Source of the DNA: Rhodopirellula sp.
GTDB taxonomy: Bacteria > Planctomycetota > Planctomycetia > Pirellulales > Pirellulaceae
DNA length: 64,000 nucleotides
Direction of reading: 5' to 3'
Assembly (NCBI GenBank): GCA_003513555.1
Contig: DOPG01000032.1
Coordinates: 18,009-82,008, forward strand
Made by a program: the position numbers and the translations under genes. Under the pieces are notes generated by a model that worked only from the letters and a program-made list of their open reading frames with translations, made no database searches and was not told the DNA's origin. Below, piece after piece: positions 9,130 through 18,659 of the stretch. Numbering within the stretch: position 1 is the stretch's first letter; the number at the start of each line of letters is the position of its first letter.

Positions 9130-11538
9130 ATGCTCAAGACCTCTCCGTTCTCACCTGAAGCATCTCTGCTCATGTCTTTAAGAAACGTTTTGTTGTTAGT
9201 GGCTCTTCTGACTCGAAGCCCATCACTGTTTGCTGCTGAACCAGCAAAAGCGGAAGCTGAGCTCAATAGCGATGGCCCCGCGGCTGGTCACAGTTATCAC
9301 GGGGAAGCCTTCAATGAAGGACCGCGGCAAGCGGCAGTTCTGATTGAAGGTATGTCGCCCATCAAATTTGAAACCTCAGCAAAAACGCCCGCTGCTCAGA
9401 AGTTCATTGAGCAGGGAATCGCGCAACTGCATGGCTTTTGGTATTTGGAAGCAGAACGATCATTTCGACAAGCAGCCAAAGAAGACCCTGAACTCGCCAT
9501 TGCCTATTGGGGCATGACAATGGCCAACGCTAACAATACAAGTCGCGCTCGAGGCTTTATCGATAAAGCCATGGAATTACGAAAAACGAATACCACGCGG
9601 AGAGAAACACTCTACATCGAAGCACTCGACCGATTGATTCCCAAGCCAAAGAACGACGACAAAAAAGACGACAAAAAACCTGACCGCGAAGCAGAGCGTG
9701 AAGATAAAAAGAAGCGGACCGAACGCTACCTCAGTGACATGGAGCGACTGTTGCATGATTTCCCTGATGATATTGAAGCTCGTGCCTTACTCGCCCTTCA
9801 ACTTTGGCTTGCAGAACGCAGCGGTGTGAAGATAACCAGTCGCTACGCTGTGAATGCTTTGCTAGGCGAAGTATTCACTGCCAACCCGATGCACCCCGCC
9901 CATCACTACCGAATTCATTTATGGGACTCTGCACGCCCGGACAATGCTGTTCAGTCAGCAGCGATGTGTGGACCTTCTAGTCCTGGAATTGCCCACATGT
10001 GGCACATGCCTGGTCACATCTATTCCAAGCTGAAACGATACAACGATGCCGCTTGGCAACAAGAAGCCTCGGCAAGAGTCGATCATGCTCACATGATCCG
10101 AACAAGATTGATGCCTGACCAAATTCACAACTTTGCCCACAACAACGAATGGTTAGTTCGCAACCTGATTCATGTCGGCCGTGTGCAGGATGCCTTGGAT
10201 CTATCCCGCAATCTGATCTCGCTGCCCCAGCATCCTCGTTACAACACATGGAACAAACGCGGCAGCTACAAATATGGTCGCCAAAGGTTGATCCAAACAT
10301 TGACGGAGTATGCCCTTTGGGACGAATTGATCAAAGAAGCCGGTGGCAACTACCTGCAGCCCACAGAAGACGACACGCAGCAGGAAGAATGGCTTGGCTG
10401 GCTTGCAGTCGCACAATTCATGACGGGTGATACAAAACAAGCATCACGCACCCTGCGATCACTACAGCGTCGGAGCCTCGTGCTACAAACCACTGTCCTG
10501 GATCTCGAGGACCAGCAGGCGGACGAAGCAGAGAACAAAGACAAAACAGACGAAAAGCCGAAGGACTCTGACGAATCTAAGACCGCGGAAAAACCTGAGG
10601 AACAGGAGAAACCGAGTCCAACACTTGATGAAGTGAAACGACACATCACGCAACTTGATCAAATCCTTGCGCGAGTCCGATCTGCCGAAGCAGTCAAAAA
10701 GAAAGACCTGAAGGTATTCAACGACCAGCTACCCAAAGGACGCTTGAATCCCTTGATTCAGGCACAATGGCAAGCAGAAATCGGTCAAGTCGACGAAGGA
10801 ATCAAACTGGCCGAAAAGGCTGTCAAAGACAGTTCCAGCCAAGTTCGCCCGCTGGCGGTACTGGTCGATTTACTTTGGAAGAAGGGAAACAAAGACGAAG
10901 CAAAGAAACACTTTTCCACCCTGCAGAAAACGGCCAACGCTGCTGATCTTAATACTCCAATGCTGGCAAAACTTGCTCCCGTTGCAAAAGCAGTTGGAGC
11001 AAAAACGGATTGGCGATTACCCGATCCACCAAAAGAAGACTTGGGTGATCGTCCCCCGCTGAACGAACTTGGCCCATTTCGATGGCAACCGTACCAAGCT
11101 CCCACTTGGGGCGCGAAATCACCGGATGGAAAACTGGTTGCAGGTGAAGAATTTGATGGCAAGCCACGCATCATCATTTTCTATCTTGGCTTTGGCTGCT
11201 TGCACTGCATCGAGCAGATCCACAAATTTTCACCACTTTATGATGACTACAAGAAAGCTGGGATCGATGTCGTGGCGATCAGTACTGAAACAGTTGAAGA
11301 ACTTAATGAAGGGCTGAAAAACTATGGTGAAGCGATCAACATTCCGTTGCTGAGTAATGGTGACAAGCATATTTTCAAGCAATTTCGCTGCTGGGATGAC
11401 TTTGAGGACCAACCTCTTCACGGGACCTTTCTGATTGACCATCGCGGCAAAGTGCGGTGGCAAGACATCAGCTATGAACCATTCAATGATGCAGAGTTCC
11501 TGCTGAAAGAGTCCAAGCGACTGCTAGCGTTGCCGTGA
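9130..11538 (+). CDS. Secreted TPR-like protein with a C-terminal thioredoxin-fold (AhpC/TSA/redoxin) domain
   Basis: 802 aa. It has a signal peptide (an alternative start at M15, nt 9172, is possible), a GHSYHGEAFNEGPRQ block, helical-repeat regions, and two K/D/E low-complexity linkers. The C-terminal domain carries GKPRIIIFYLGFGCLHCIEQ (a CxxC motif) ...VVAIST...HGTFLIDHRGKVRW, typical of redoxin domains. Confidence 0.8.
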   Translation: MLKTSPFSPEASLLMSLRNVLLLVALLTRSPSLFAAEPAKAEAELNSDGPAAGHSYHGEAFNEGPRQAAVLIEGMSPIKFETSAKTPAAQKFIEQGIAQLHGFWYLEAERSFRQAAKEDPELAIAYWGMTMANANNTSRARGFIDKAMELRKTNTTRRETLYIEALDRLIPKPKNDDKKDDKKPDREAEREDKKKRTERYLSDMERLLHDFPDDIEARALLALQLWLAERSGVKITSRYAVNALLGEVFTANPMHPAHHYRIHLWDSARPDNAVQSAAMCGPSSPGIAHMWHMPGHIYSKLKRYNDAAWQQEASARVDHAHMIRTRLMPDQIHNFAHNNEWLVRNLIHVGRVQDALDLSRNLISLPQHPRYNTWNKRGSYKYGRQRLIQTLTEYALWDELIKEAGGNYLQPTEDDTQQEEWLGWLAVAQFMTGDTKQASRTLRSLQRRSLVLQTTVLDLEDQQADEAENKDKTDEKPKDSDESKTAEKPEEQEKPSPTLDEVKRHITQLDQILARVRSAEAVKKKDLKVFNDQLPKGRLNPLIQAQWQAEIGQVDEGIKLAEKAVKDSSSQVRPLAVLVDLLWKKGNKDEAKKHFSTLQKTANAADLNTPMLAKLAPVAKAVGAKTDWRLPDPPKEDLGDRPPLNELGPFRWQPYQAPTWGAKSPDGKLVAGEEFDGKPRIIIFYLGFGCLHCIEQIHKFSPLYDDYKKAGIDVVAISTETVEELNEGLKNYGEAINIPLLSNGDKHIFKQFRCWDDFEDQPLHGTFLIDHRGKVRWQDISYEPFNDAEFLLKESKRLLALP

Positions 11539-11692
11539 ATTCGATTTGAACCAAAGGTCACCCGGTCGGATCTTCGACCTGCAAGCAGCATGACTGGCAC
11601 AGCTAACAATGACGAGGTGCAGTCAACGACTCCCGTTGATGCTTCATCATCACGCTCAGTTTGATCAAGTCGCGTGCTCTTGCGAACCAATT

Positions 11693-12976
11693 TCAAAAAC
11701 GGAATCCATCTTCGATTTGGCCGTTTTTGATGACGATGGGGATTCCATCACGAACCTGCAGCACATCGTCTTCACCTTGGTTTTCAACGCCTACCTCATT
11801 GACGATATGCACGTTGGAACCAATCCTGCAATTTTTGTCAAGAATCGTTCCTGCGATCGTGGTTCCAGCACCGATTCCGACGGGCAGTACACCGTCGGCC
11901 AAGTTTGCAGGGTCTTCAATAAAATCGGCGCCCATCACAACGCTGTCTTTGATAACAACGTTGTCACCAACCACAGTTCGCAAACCAATCACGCTGTTCG
12001 AAATAGTGACGTTTTGACCGATACGGCAACCATCTGCAATCAAGCTGCCGGATATTTTGGTATCGCCCATGATCGTTGGCGGTAAGAATCTGGGTCGACT
12101 GTAGATCGGCGCTTCGGGAGTGCGAATATCAAATGGTGGCGCATTCCCCGCCAAATTCAGATTTGCCTCATAAAAGGCACGAATCGTTCCGATATCCTCC
12201 CAGTATCCATCAAATAGGTGGACCTGAACTTTGTGGGAATTGATTGCCTCTGGAAATACTTCTTTACCAAAGTCTTGATGATCATTGCTGTTAAGCAGAT
12301 CAACCATGGTTGCCTTGTTGAATATATACAGGCCCATACTTGCCAGACAATCGCGACCCCGACTGGGAATTCCGTGCGCGTCGATCCAACTGGCCTCCAT
12401 TCGCACGCTCTCGATTTCCTGCTCGGTCTGAGGCTTTTCAACAAAACCGCGAACCTGCCCGCGATCGTCAACTTGCATGATGCCAAGTGCCGAAGCGTCT
12501 TTCCGGGAAACAGGAATTCCCGCGATGGTAGCGTCAGCCCCCGATTCGATGTGCGTCTGCATCATCTCGCGAAAATCCATCCGATACAGTTGGTCACCCG
12601 AAAGGATCAGAACATGTTCAATCCAATCTTCTTCCAAGTGCACCAAGTTCTTTCGCACTGCATCAGCAGTGCCCTGGTACCAATCCGTTCCCTGATTGAC
12701 AGTTTGTTGAGCAGCGAGCAACTCGACAAAACCACCATTAAAATGATCAAATGTGTAAGTTTGTCTCAGATGTCGATGCAGGCTTTCGGACAGGAACTGC
12801 GTGAGCACGTATGCCCGATTCAATCCACTATTGATGCAGTTACTGATGGGAATATCGATCAGTCTGTATTTCGCAGCTAATGGAACAGCTGGCTTGGCTC
12901 GAATTTTCGTCAGCGGAAAAAGACGTGTCCCGCGGCCACCACCGAGGATCAGAGCGATGGTTTTAGAGAGATCCAT
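11693..12976 (-). CDS. glgC: Glucose-1-phosphate adenylyltransferase
   Basis: 427 aa. ALILGGGRGTRLFPLTKIRAKPAVPLAAKYRLIDIPISNCINSG, WYQGTADAV, and C-terminal left-handed beta-helix hexapeptide repeats are all present. Confidence 0.92.
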   Translation of the reverse strand: MDLSKTIALILGGGRGTRLFPLTKIRAKPAVPLAAKYRLIDIPISNCINSGLNRAYVLTQFLSESLHRHLRQTYTFDHFNGGFVELLAAQQTVNQGTDWYQGTADAVRKNLVHLEEDWIEHVLILSGDQLYRMDFREMMQTHIESGADATIAGIPVSRKDASALGIMQVDDRGQVRGFVEKPQTEQEIESVRMEASWIDAHGIPSRGRDCLASMGLYIFNKATMVDLLNSNDHQDFGKEVFPEAINSHKVQVHLFDGYWEDIGTIRAFYEANLNLAGNAPPFDIRTPEAPIYSRPRFLPPTIMGDTKISGSLIADGCRIGQNVTISNSVIGLRTVVGDNVVIKDSVVMGADFIEDPANLADGVLPVGIGAGTTIAGTILDKNCRIGSNVHIVNEVGVENQGEDDVLQVRDGIPIVIKNGQIEDGFRF

Positions 12977-13067
12977 GAGAGAGACTCTGCTGGTAATACT
13001 TTGAAGATTGCTTGCCCACAGTTTTTAACCGGCAATCCGAAACTCCGATAGGCTCCGTTTTCAATCT

Positions 13068-14036
13068 TCACCAGTACTTCTCAAAACGAATGGTTCCCGG
13101 TCCTTGTGAATTCCCCTCATCGCTAAACCCAGCAGCCCTCAACAGTGGTAACATTCCTGGGGTGGAAGGTGGATCTGCTCCAGGTGGCACGTAGCCGATC
13201 ATGGCTGGATTTCCACACAAGAAGACATGGGTGTTCTTGGCAGAAAGCGGATCACCGGCAGCTTCCGCGAGCTGCCCTGATGTAAAAAGTTGTTGCAAAT
13301 ATTGCTTGCCGACAAAGTTGGGATGAGACTCATCAAGATTTTCCGGATCTCTGGTCGTGAACGGCAAATAACGGTACTGAGAATACTGCCGCATCAACTC
13401 GGCATGCTCCACGGCATACGCGAGATCAACACGGCGGCGCACACTGGTGACATTAACGATTTTCCCCTGATGTCCTTCTGCAAGCAATTTAGCAGTCATT
13501 GCGTTATGAGGTGCTTCACCAGTTCCTGTTCCGAGCATCAACACGGTATCGTCGACTCCCACGTCTCGCAGGGTGTAATGCCCGGTGATTTTCTTCTGAA
13601 CTTCCAACCGATCGCCAACAGCAAACTCGAACAGTCTCGGGGTCAATACAGGCGGCTTGTTATCAGGTGAACTCGCCTGACGCACCAATGTGATATAGAA
13701 CTCGAAATAGTCTAAGGAGGCAACTGGAGCGACTCGGCCATCAGCATCCAGCATGGGGCAGGAAATCGAATATGCCCGACGCGTCAGCTTTCGGATTTTT
13801 TTCTCAGGAACCTCTTCGGGTTGGGTGCCCTGACACCTCCGCTCCCAATTTCCAATTCCGAGTGCGACGTACTGGCCCGGCTCAAACTGCGGGATGGGGT
13901 TATCCGGACGAATCCGAAAGCGAGCCAACTCATCATTGGCATCAACTCGCTCGATGATCGTTGCATTATAAAATTTTTCCCGAAGCTGAGTTGCCTCGGC
14001 GGCTTCCAGGGGTGCCGAACCGATCATGTCACTCAA
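13068..14036 (-). CDS. Ferredoxin--NADP(+) reductase (FNR/Fpr family)
   Basis: 322 aa. It has the RAYSIS FAD-binding motif, an MLGTGTGEAP NADP-binding motif, an FLCGNPAM block, and the terminal aromatic tail FEKYW. Confidence 0.8.
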   Translation of the reverse strand: MSDMIGSAPLEAAEATQLREKFYNATIIERVDANDELARFRIRPDNPIPQFEPGQYVALGIGNWERRCQGTQPEEVPEKKIRKLTRRAYSISCPMLDADGRVAPVASLDYFEFYITLVRQASSPDNKPPVLTPRLFEFAVGDRLEVQKKITGHYTLRDVGVDDTVLMLGTGTGEAPHNAMTAKLLAEGHQGKIVNVTSVRRRVDLAYAVEHAELMRQYSQYRYLPFTTRDPENLDESHPNFVGKQYLQQLFTSGQLAEAAGDPLSAKNTHVFLCGNPAMIGYVPPGADPPSTPGMLPLLRAAGFSDEGNSQGPGTIRFEKYW

Positions 14037-14325
14037 TGTGGCTCTCCGCAGGATTGATCGCTGAATCCATTTCCTTCCAAGCGTAACAAACGGCTCAAAA
14101 CCCTAAAACTCAACAAAATATGCTCAGTTTTCGGGGCCGCATTTTAAACGCAATCTCAATATAATGGATTCGGAAGTCCACATGCGGATGAACCGCAATC
14201 AGCTCCGCCCCACTGCCGAAACGGGCATTCTCGACGATTTTAAGGCACAAATAGCGATGGATACATCGAAAGGCTGCAACCGCACCACCTCCCTCTTTCA
14301 GCACCAATGGCGTCGGAGCATCGCA

Positions 14326-15852
14326 ATGGCATCGCGAGTCGCGATCATCGCCGTGCTGTCAGTGGTCAGGATGTCCGCTGCACAAGCGGAACTCTGGACT
14401 GACCTGCAGGGCACTCACACGGTCGAAGCTCGGATGGTCGGATTATGGGGTGACTCGGTGATCCTTGAGCTGACAGGTGGCAAACGCGTTGCTGTCAAAC
14501 TGGAGGATCTACGCAGCGAAAGTCGTATCCAAGCACAGAAACTTGCAGTTCAACTCAAAGCATCCCGCGCCGACCGCGTCTCAGAATTACAGGGAAACGC
14601 AGCAGCAGCTTCCGCTGCAGCCCCCCAACCACTTCCTAGGCCGGCTGATGCACCTGCTTACCAAGCTCCTCAAGCCAATGCCAGTGTCGCTGACTTCATA
14701 AACCAAATCGACGATGCAATCACTGACGGCCATCTGATAGCTGTTTACGATGCATTGCCCCCGAGCTATCGGAAAGATGTTGACGATGTGGTGAAGCTGA
14801 CAGCATCTCAACTGAATCAAGCTTCATGGCAGGGTTTAGTAGGTACTGCCCAGAGACTGGGTGATGTTATCGTTAATCACCAAACATGGTTCCTCTCAAG
14901 CCCTCGTATTCAAGCTCTGCCACCGAAAGATTTCGATGCAGTTGAGGAACAGATTCTGCCGCTTGCTGATCTGATGCGAGTCGGACTGTCACCAGAAGCT
15001 ACAAATTTGAATCAGCTGCAAACAGTCAACTTCGGTCAATGGTTAACTGCACGGGACAAAGTGATTGCTCCCTACTTGGCTCAACTGGTTGACCGAATCG
15101 GTTTGAGCATCGGTCGACAAGTCACCGTCAAGTCAGAAAAAGACGGAGTCGCGGTCATCAGTGTGGAACAAGATGGCGCATCGCGAGACATCCAACTTGT
15201 TTCCATTGATGGTTATTGGGTTCCCAAAACTATCGCTGACGAATGGGACGCAAATATTGATTCACTTAAAGGCGATATCGCTGGTACCACTGGGATGATT
15301 GATTCACTGGGTGCCGTGGTGGGAGCCTTCAATCCTGCACTCAATCCACTGGCAAATTCGCAATCATCAGACCAATTCCATGGAGCGATGGATGGTTTGT
15401 TTTCGCCGACCGTTCAAACAGCTCTGATCACTCTCGCCACCGCTCTTGGCAAAACTCCAGTCGTCGCCTCGAACCAAGGCAACGGACGTGGCAATAGCGG
15501 CTTCGGTGGATATAACGAAGGCTACGGAGATGAAATGGGCGATGACATGGGAGATGAAATGGGTGATGACATGTCGGGTGGTTATGGTGGCAGCGGGGGC
15601 CCCGCCGCATTTCCAGGAGCCCCAGGGGGCGGATATGGCGGAAGCAATGGACGACCTCCTTCGCCAGGAGCTCCCGGTGGACCTGGTGCTGGCGGAAGTA
15701 ATGGACGACCTCCTTCACCCGGAGCACCAGGTGGCCCGGGAGCTGGCAGAAGCAATGGACGACCTCCCTCTCCAGGAGCCCCAGGCGGACCCGGCGGCAG
15801 CAACGGACGGCCTCCTTCCCCAGGAGCTCCTGGTGGTCCCGGCGCCAGCTGA
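14326..15852 (+). CDS. Secreted SHD1-domain protein with a Gly/Pro-rich repetitive C-terminus
   Basis: The ORF is open from 14164, but the ATG at 14326 gives a signal peptide (MASRVAIIAVLSVVRMSAAQA). ELWTDLQGTHTVEARMVGLWGDSVILELTGGKRVAVKLEDLRSESR matches the SLA1-homology-domain-1 pattern common in planctomycetes. The C-terminal 110 aa are low-complexity (GDEMGDDM x2, then SNGRPPSPGAPGGPG x4). Confidence 0.7.
   Translation: MASRVAIIAVLSVVRMSAAQAELWTDLQGTHTVEARMVGLWGDSVILELTGGKRVAVKLEDLRSESRIQAQKLAVQLKASRADRVSELQGNAAAASAAAPQPLPRPADAPAYQAPQANASVADFINQIDDAITDGHLIAVYDALPPSYRKDVDDVVKLTASQLNQASWQGLVGTAQRLGDVIVNHQTWFLSSPRIQALPPKDFDAVEEQILPLADLMRVGLSPEATNLNQLQTVNFGQWLTARDKVIAPYLAQLVDRIGLSIGRQVTVKSEKDGVAVISVEQDGASRDIQLVSIDGYWVPKTIADEWDANIDSLKGDIAGTTGMIDSLGAVVGAFNPALNPLANSQSSDQFHGAMDGLFSPTVQTALITLATALGKTPVVASNQGNGRGNSGFGGYNEGYGDEMGDDMGDEMGDDMSGGYGGSGGPAAFPGAPGGGYGGSNGRPPSPGAPGGPGAGGSNGRPPSPGAPGGPGAGRSNGRPPSPGAPGGPGGSNGRPPSPGAPGGPGAS
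15640..15846 (+). repeat. In-frame tandem repeat: four units of 48-54 nt encoding G-SNGRPPSPGAPGGPG(AG)
   Basis: Units run approximately 15640-15693, 15694-15747, 15748-15795 and 15796-15846. The units differ mainly at synonymous positions (e.g. tcgccaggagctccc / tcacccggagcacca / tctccaggagcccca / tccccaggagctcct). Confidence 0.85.
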
Positions 15853-16074
15853 ACAGCTGCTTAAAAACGATTCGAAAATAATTTTGGGGCAAGCAATTAT
15901 CAGTAATTGCGATGTGCAATCCCAACCAAACCAAGATGCAAGCCGAATCGCCCACGGCTAGTCATATCTGCGAGGCCGACACCAAGATGTTGTCGGTGAA
16001 TGAGTTGAAAGCCTCAAGCCACAAGCTTCCCAATTGTGAAACGGCTCTTCCAATGAACACGGAGCTCCAATAGT

Positions 16075-17514
16075 TTGAACAAAACAACGCGCCGCCGCGT
16101 GGCCATCATTGGCGGAGGCCTCTCTGGGCTTTCGACTGCCGCTAAGCTGCATCGTCTTGATGATTCGGTTCAGCTGGTCTTATTTGAGAGTGGAACTCGT
16201 GTGGGCGGGGTCATCCATACGGAGCAGGTTGGCGAATTTCTGATTGACCACGGTGCGGACATGTTTTCCCAGAAACCGTCGGCAGCAATTGATTTTTGCC
16301 GTGAATTGGGGCTGGAAGACCAGCTGATCGAACCCAAATCCTCAGGTCGAGGAGCCCGAATCGTTCGGAACGGTCAGCTGGTACCCATTCCTGAAGGCTT
16401 TGTTCTGATGCGGGCGACACAGCTGTGGCCCATGCTCCGCACGCCGTTGCTGAGCCTGCATGGCAAACTGCGATTCTTGATGGAACGCTGGATTGCACCT
16501 CCCAAGACCGATGAAGACGAATCTGTATCGTCATTCGTCCAACGAAGAATGGGGCAAGAGGTTCTTGACCGAATCGTTGCTCCTCTGTCGGCTGGCATCT
16601 ACACGGCAGATGTCACCAAGTTAAGCATGCAAACCACCATGCAAGCCATCGCCATCATGGAAAAAAAATATGGATCACTTGCCCGAGCCACAGCGGTTCG
16701 ACGCCGCAAAGGTGAAGATTCAGTCGAACGTGGCAGCACGGGTGCCCGCTATGGCCAATTCCGGGCATTTCAAAACGGGATGATTGGACTCATCAACGGT
16801 ATCGCACAATCGTTGCCCGACGATTCGATCCATCTGAATTGCCCGGTGGAGTCGATTCGTTCAATTGGTAATCAGTGGATCGTCACTGAATCAGGAACAG
16901 ATCACAAGTTTGATCATGTGGTCGTCGCTGTGCCGCCCAAGGCGGCGGTCAATCTGTTAGAGCCCATTGCGCCACTGGCATCAGCCGAGTTGGCCAAGAT
17001 CGAATCCGCATCAGCAGCGATCGTCGTGCTAGGAGTGTCAGCAACTAACATTAAACGTCCCGTGAACACGTTTGGTTTTGTCGTTCCCATTTCTGAAAGG
17101 CGGAGAATTCTCGCAGGCAGTTTTGCGAGCCATAAATTCAGTGGTCGATCACCGGAAGACCACGTTTTGATCCGCGTTTTCATGGGTGGTGCAATGCAAT
17201 CTGAGCTGCTGGAAAAGTCAGATGAAGAACTTACCACGATTGCTCAGGAAGAGCTGAGTGAGCTCATTGGACTGACAGGTGATCCACTAGTAAGCCGCGT
17301 CGTCCGCTGGAACGATGCCATGCCTCAATACCATGTAGGGCACGGTGATCGCGTCCGCATCATCGACGATGAAATTGGCAAGATTCCCGGCCTGTGGTTT
17401 ACCAGCAACGCATTACATGGCGTCGGGATCGCCCCAGTGATCCAGCAGGCTGATCAAGTTGCTCGTCAGGTCGTCTCCTCACTGAGTGAATCAGGCGACG
17501 CGTCTGACAGCTAG
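16075..17514 (+). CDS. hemY: Protoporphyrinogen/coproporphyrinogen III oxidase (HemY/CgoX family, FAD-dependent)
   Basis: 479 aa with a TTG start. It has the RVAIIGGGLSGLSTA dinucleotide-binding motif, VLFESG.RVGGVI, and the C-terminal block W..AMPQY.VGH......I......PGL...GNA..GVGI...I consistent with HemY. Confidence 0.8.
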   Translation: MNKTTRRRVAIIGGGLSGLSTAAKLHRLDDSVQLVLFESGTRVGGVIHTEQVGEFLIDHGADMFSQKPSAAIDFCRELGLEDQLIEPKSSGRGARIVRNGQLVPIPEGFVLMRATQLWPMLRTPLLSLHGKLRFLMERWIAPPKTDEDESVSSFVQRRMGQEVLDRIVAPLSAGIYTADVTKLSMQTTMQAIAIMEKKYGSLARATAVRRRKGEDSVERGSTGARYGQFRAFQNGMIGLINGIAQSLPDDSIHLNCPVESIRSIGNQWIVTESGTDHKFDHVVVAVPPKAAVNLLEPIAPLASAELAKIESASAAIVVLGVSATNIKRPVNTFGFVVPISERRRILAGSFASHKFSGRSPEDHVLIRVFMGGAMQSELLEKSDEELTTIAQEELSELIGLTGDPLVSRVVRWNDAMPQYHVGHGDRVRIIDDEIGKIPGLWFTSNALHGVGIAPVIQQADQVARQVVSSLSESGDASDS

Positions 17515-18444
17515 CGTGTTAGGGGACGGCTCGGATTTCAGACTGACTGATCGATCGCTCAGCGGGAACCGAATCTTCTCCATCGCATTTCGCATGGCGA
17601 CTGCATCACGAAACCGTTTTTTGGGACTTGGATCTATCGCCTTACGAATCAGTGCCACCAGATCACTGGAAAGCCCGCGCCGAAGTTTATTGAACGCGGG
17701 GAGAGACTCGAATGGGTACTCAGGAACCTCTCCAGCCAGAGCACGATAGATCACGAGCCCCAGCGAAAACACATCACTACGGTAGGAAGGATGCCCCATA
17801 GCCTGCTCGGGAGCCATGTAACCCAATGTCCCCGAGGCTGAAACATCGTGAGCCCCCCGCTCGATTCGCGCTAAACCAAAATCGGTCAACTGAATCCCTT
17901 GCTCGGGAAAGAGAATAAAATTCTCCGGCTTGATGTCACGATGCAGAACTCTATTTTCATGAGCATACGCCACAGCACTGGTCATTTGCACCACGTAATC
18001 GATGGCGGCAGCCCGAGAGATACGCCGACTCAACCGATCAGCCAAACTTTCTTCACCTAACGGAAAAACAATGACAAAGTGGCCATCAATGAAGCGGGCG
18101 TCTTTGAGCGGCAGCACGCAGGGGTGATCCAACTTCGCCATGATCCGGACTTCACGCTGCATGTCTTCCAGCGATTGCGAATTGCTGATGTACCGTTCGT
18201 CCGGTATTTTCAACGCCACTTTACGATCCTCAATCAGATCGTGCGCGGCAAAGACCGTCGCAAAGCCACCCTCTCCCAAGCGTCGCAAAAGCCTGTATTT
18301 GTCCAGACGCCGACCAACACGAAGGGCAGCAGTTTCTTCACCTTCGGCACAGAAAATCTTCAGGGAGGGGGCCACAAGCATCTCATCGATCGCGTAACGA
18401 ACCAAACCGTCAACTTGAGAAAATATCCAGATGAAGGACATCAC
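17491..18444 (-). CDS. Cytoplasmic Ser/Thr protein kinase (Hanks type)
   Basis: 317 aa. It has LGEGGFATVF, VALKI, HRDIKPENF, TDFGLA and GYMAPEQ, so all catalytic motifs are intact. There is no TM segment. The 3' end overlaps the hemY 3' end by 24 nt (convergent). Confidence 0.85.
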   Translation of the reverse strand: MMSFIWIFSQVDGLVRYAIDEMLVAPSLKIFCAEGEETAALRVGRRLDKYRLLRRLGEGGFATVFAAHDLIEDRKVALKIPDERYISNSQSLEDMQREVRIMAKLDHPCVLPLKDARFIDGHFVIVFPLGEESLADRLSRRISRAAAIDYVVQMTSAVAYAHENRVLHRDIKPENFILFPEQGIQLTDFGLARIERGAHDVSASGTLGYMAPEQAMGHPSYRSDVFSLGLVIYRALAGEVPEYPFESLPAFNKLRRGLSSDLVALIRKAIDPSPKKRFRDAVAMRNAMEKIRFPLSDRSVSLKSEPSPNTLAVRRVA

Positions 18445-18659
18445 TTCACACTAAGAAAAGAAACACTCTTTTCTGAGCAATATTTTTCCCGCTGACCTTT
18501 TTGGTAGATCGTCAAACTCATACCGGTCAGCACAGTTTTTCCGACGGTACCCAGAGTCCCTGTCCCCAAACACACTTCACCAGACGGCAAAGTCGTCACA
18601 GTTTAACGTCCAAGGACTTCCTGCAAACGCACACGGGGAGCTGATTCGCATTGGCTTTC

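Noticed and set aside
12218-12880. 220-aa plus-strand ORF (and 11609..12085, 158 aa) inside the glgC region
   Set aside because: It lies fully antisense to a clearly recognisable glgC. The translated sequence is low-information with no motifs, which is typical of shadow ORFs.
15640-15846. Possible CRISPR-like or VNTR array
   Set aside because: The units are contiguous with no spacers, in frame, and encode a peptide repeat. No cas genes are present and no other direct-repeat array is seen in the window.
15428-15961. Mirror ORFs on both strands (175 aa minus, 171 aa plus, 73 aa minus) over the Gly/Pro repeat
   Set aside because: They are open only because of the GC-rich repetitive composition. 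The SHD1 protein frame is continuous with an upstream conserved domain and is the real one.
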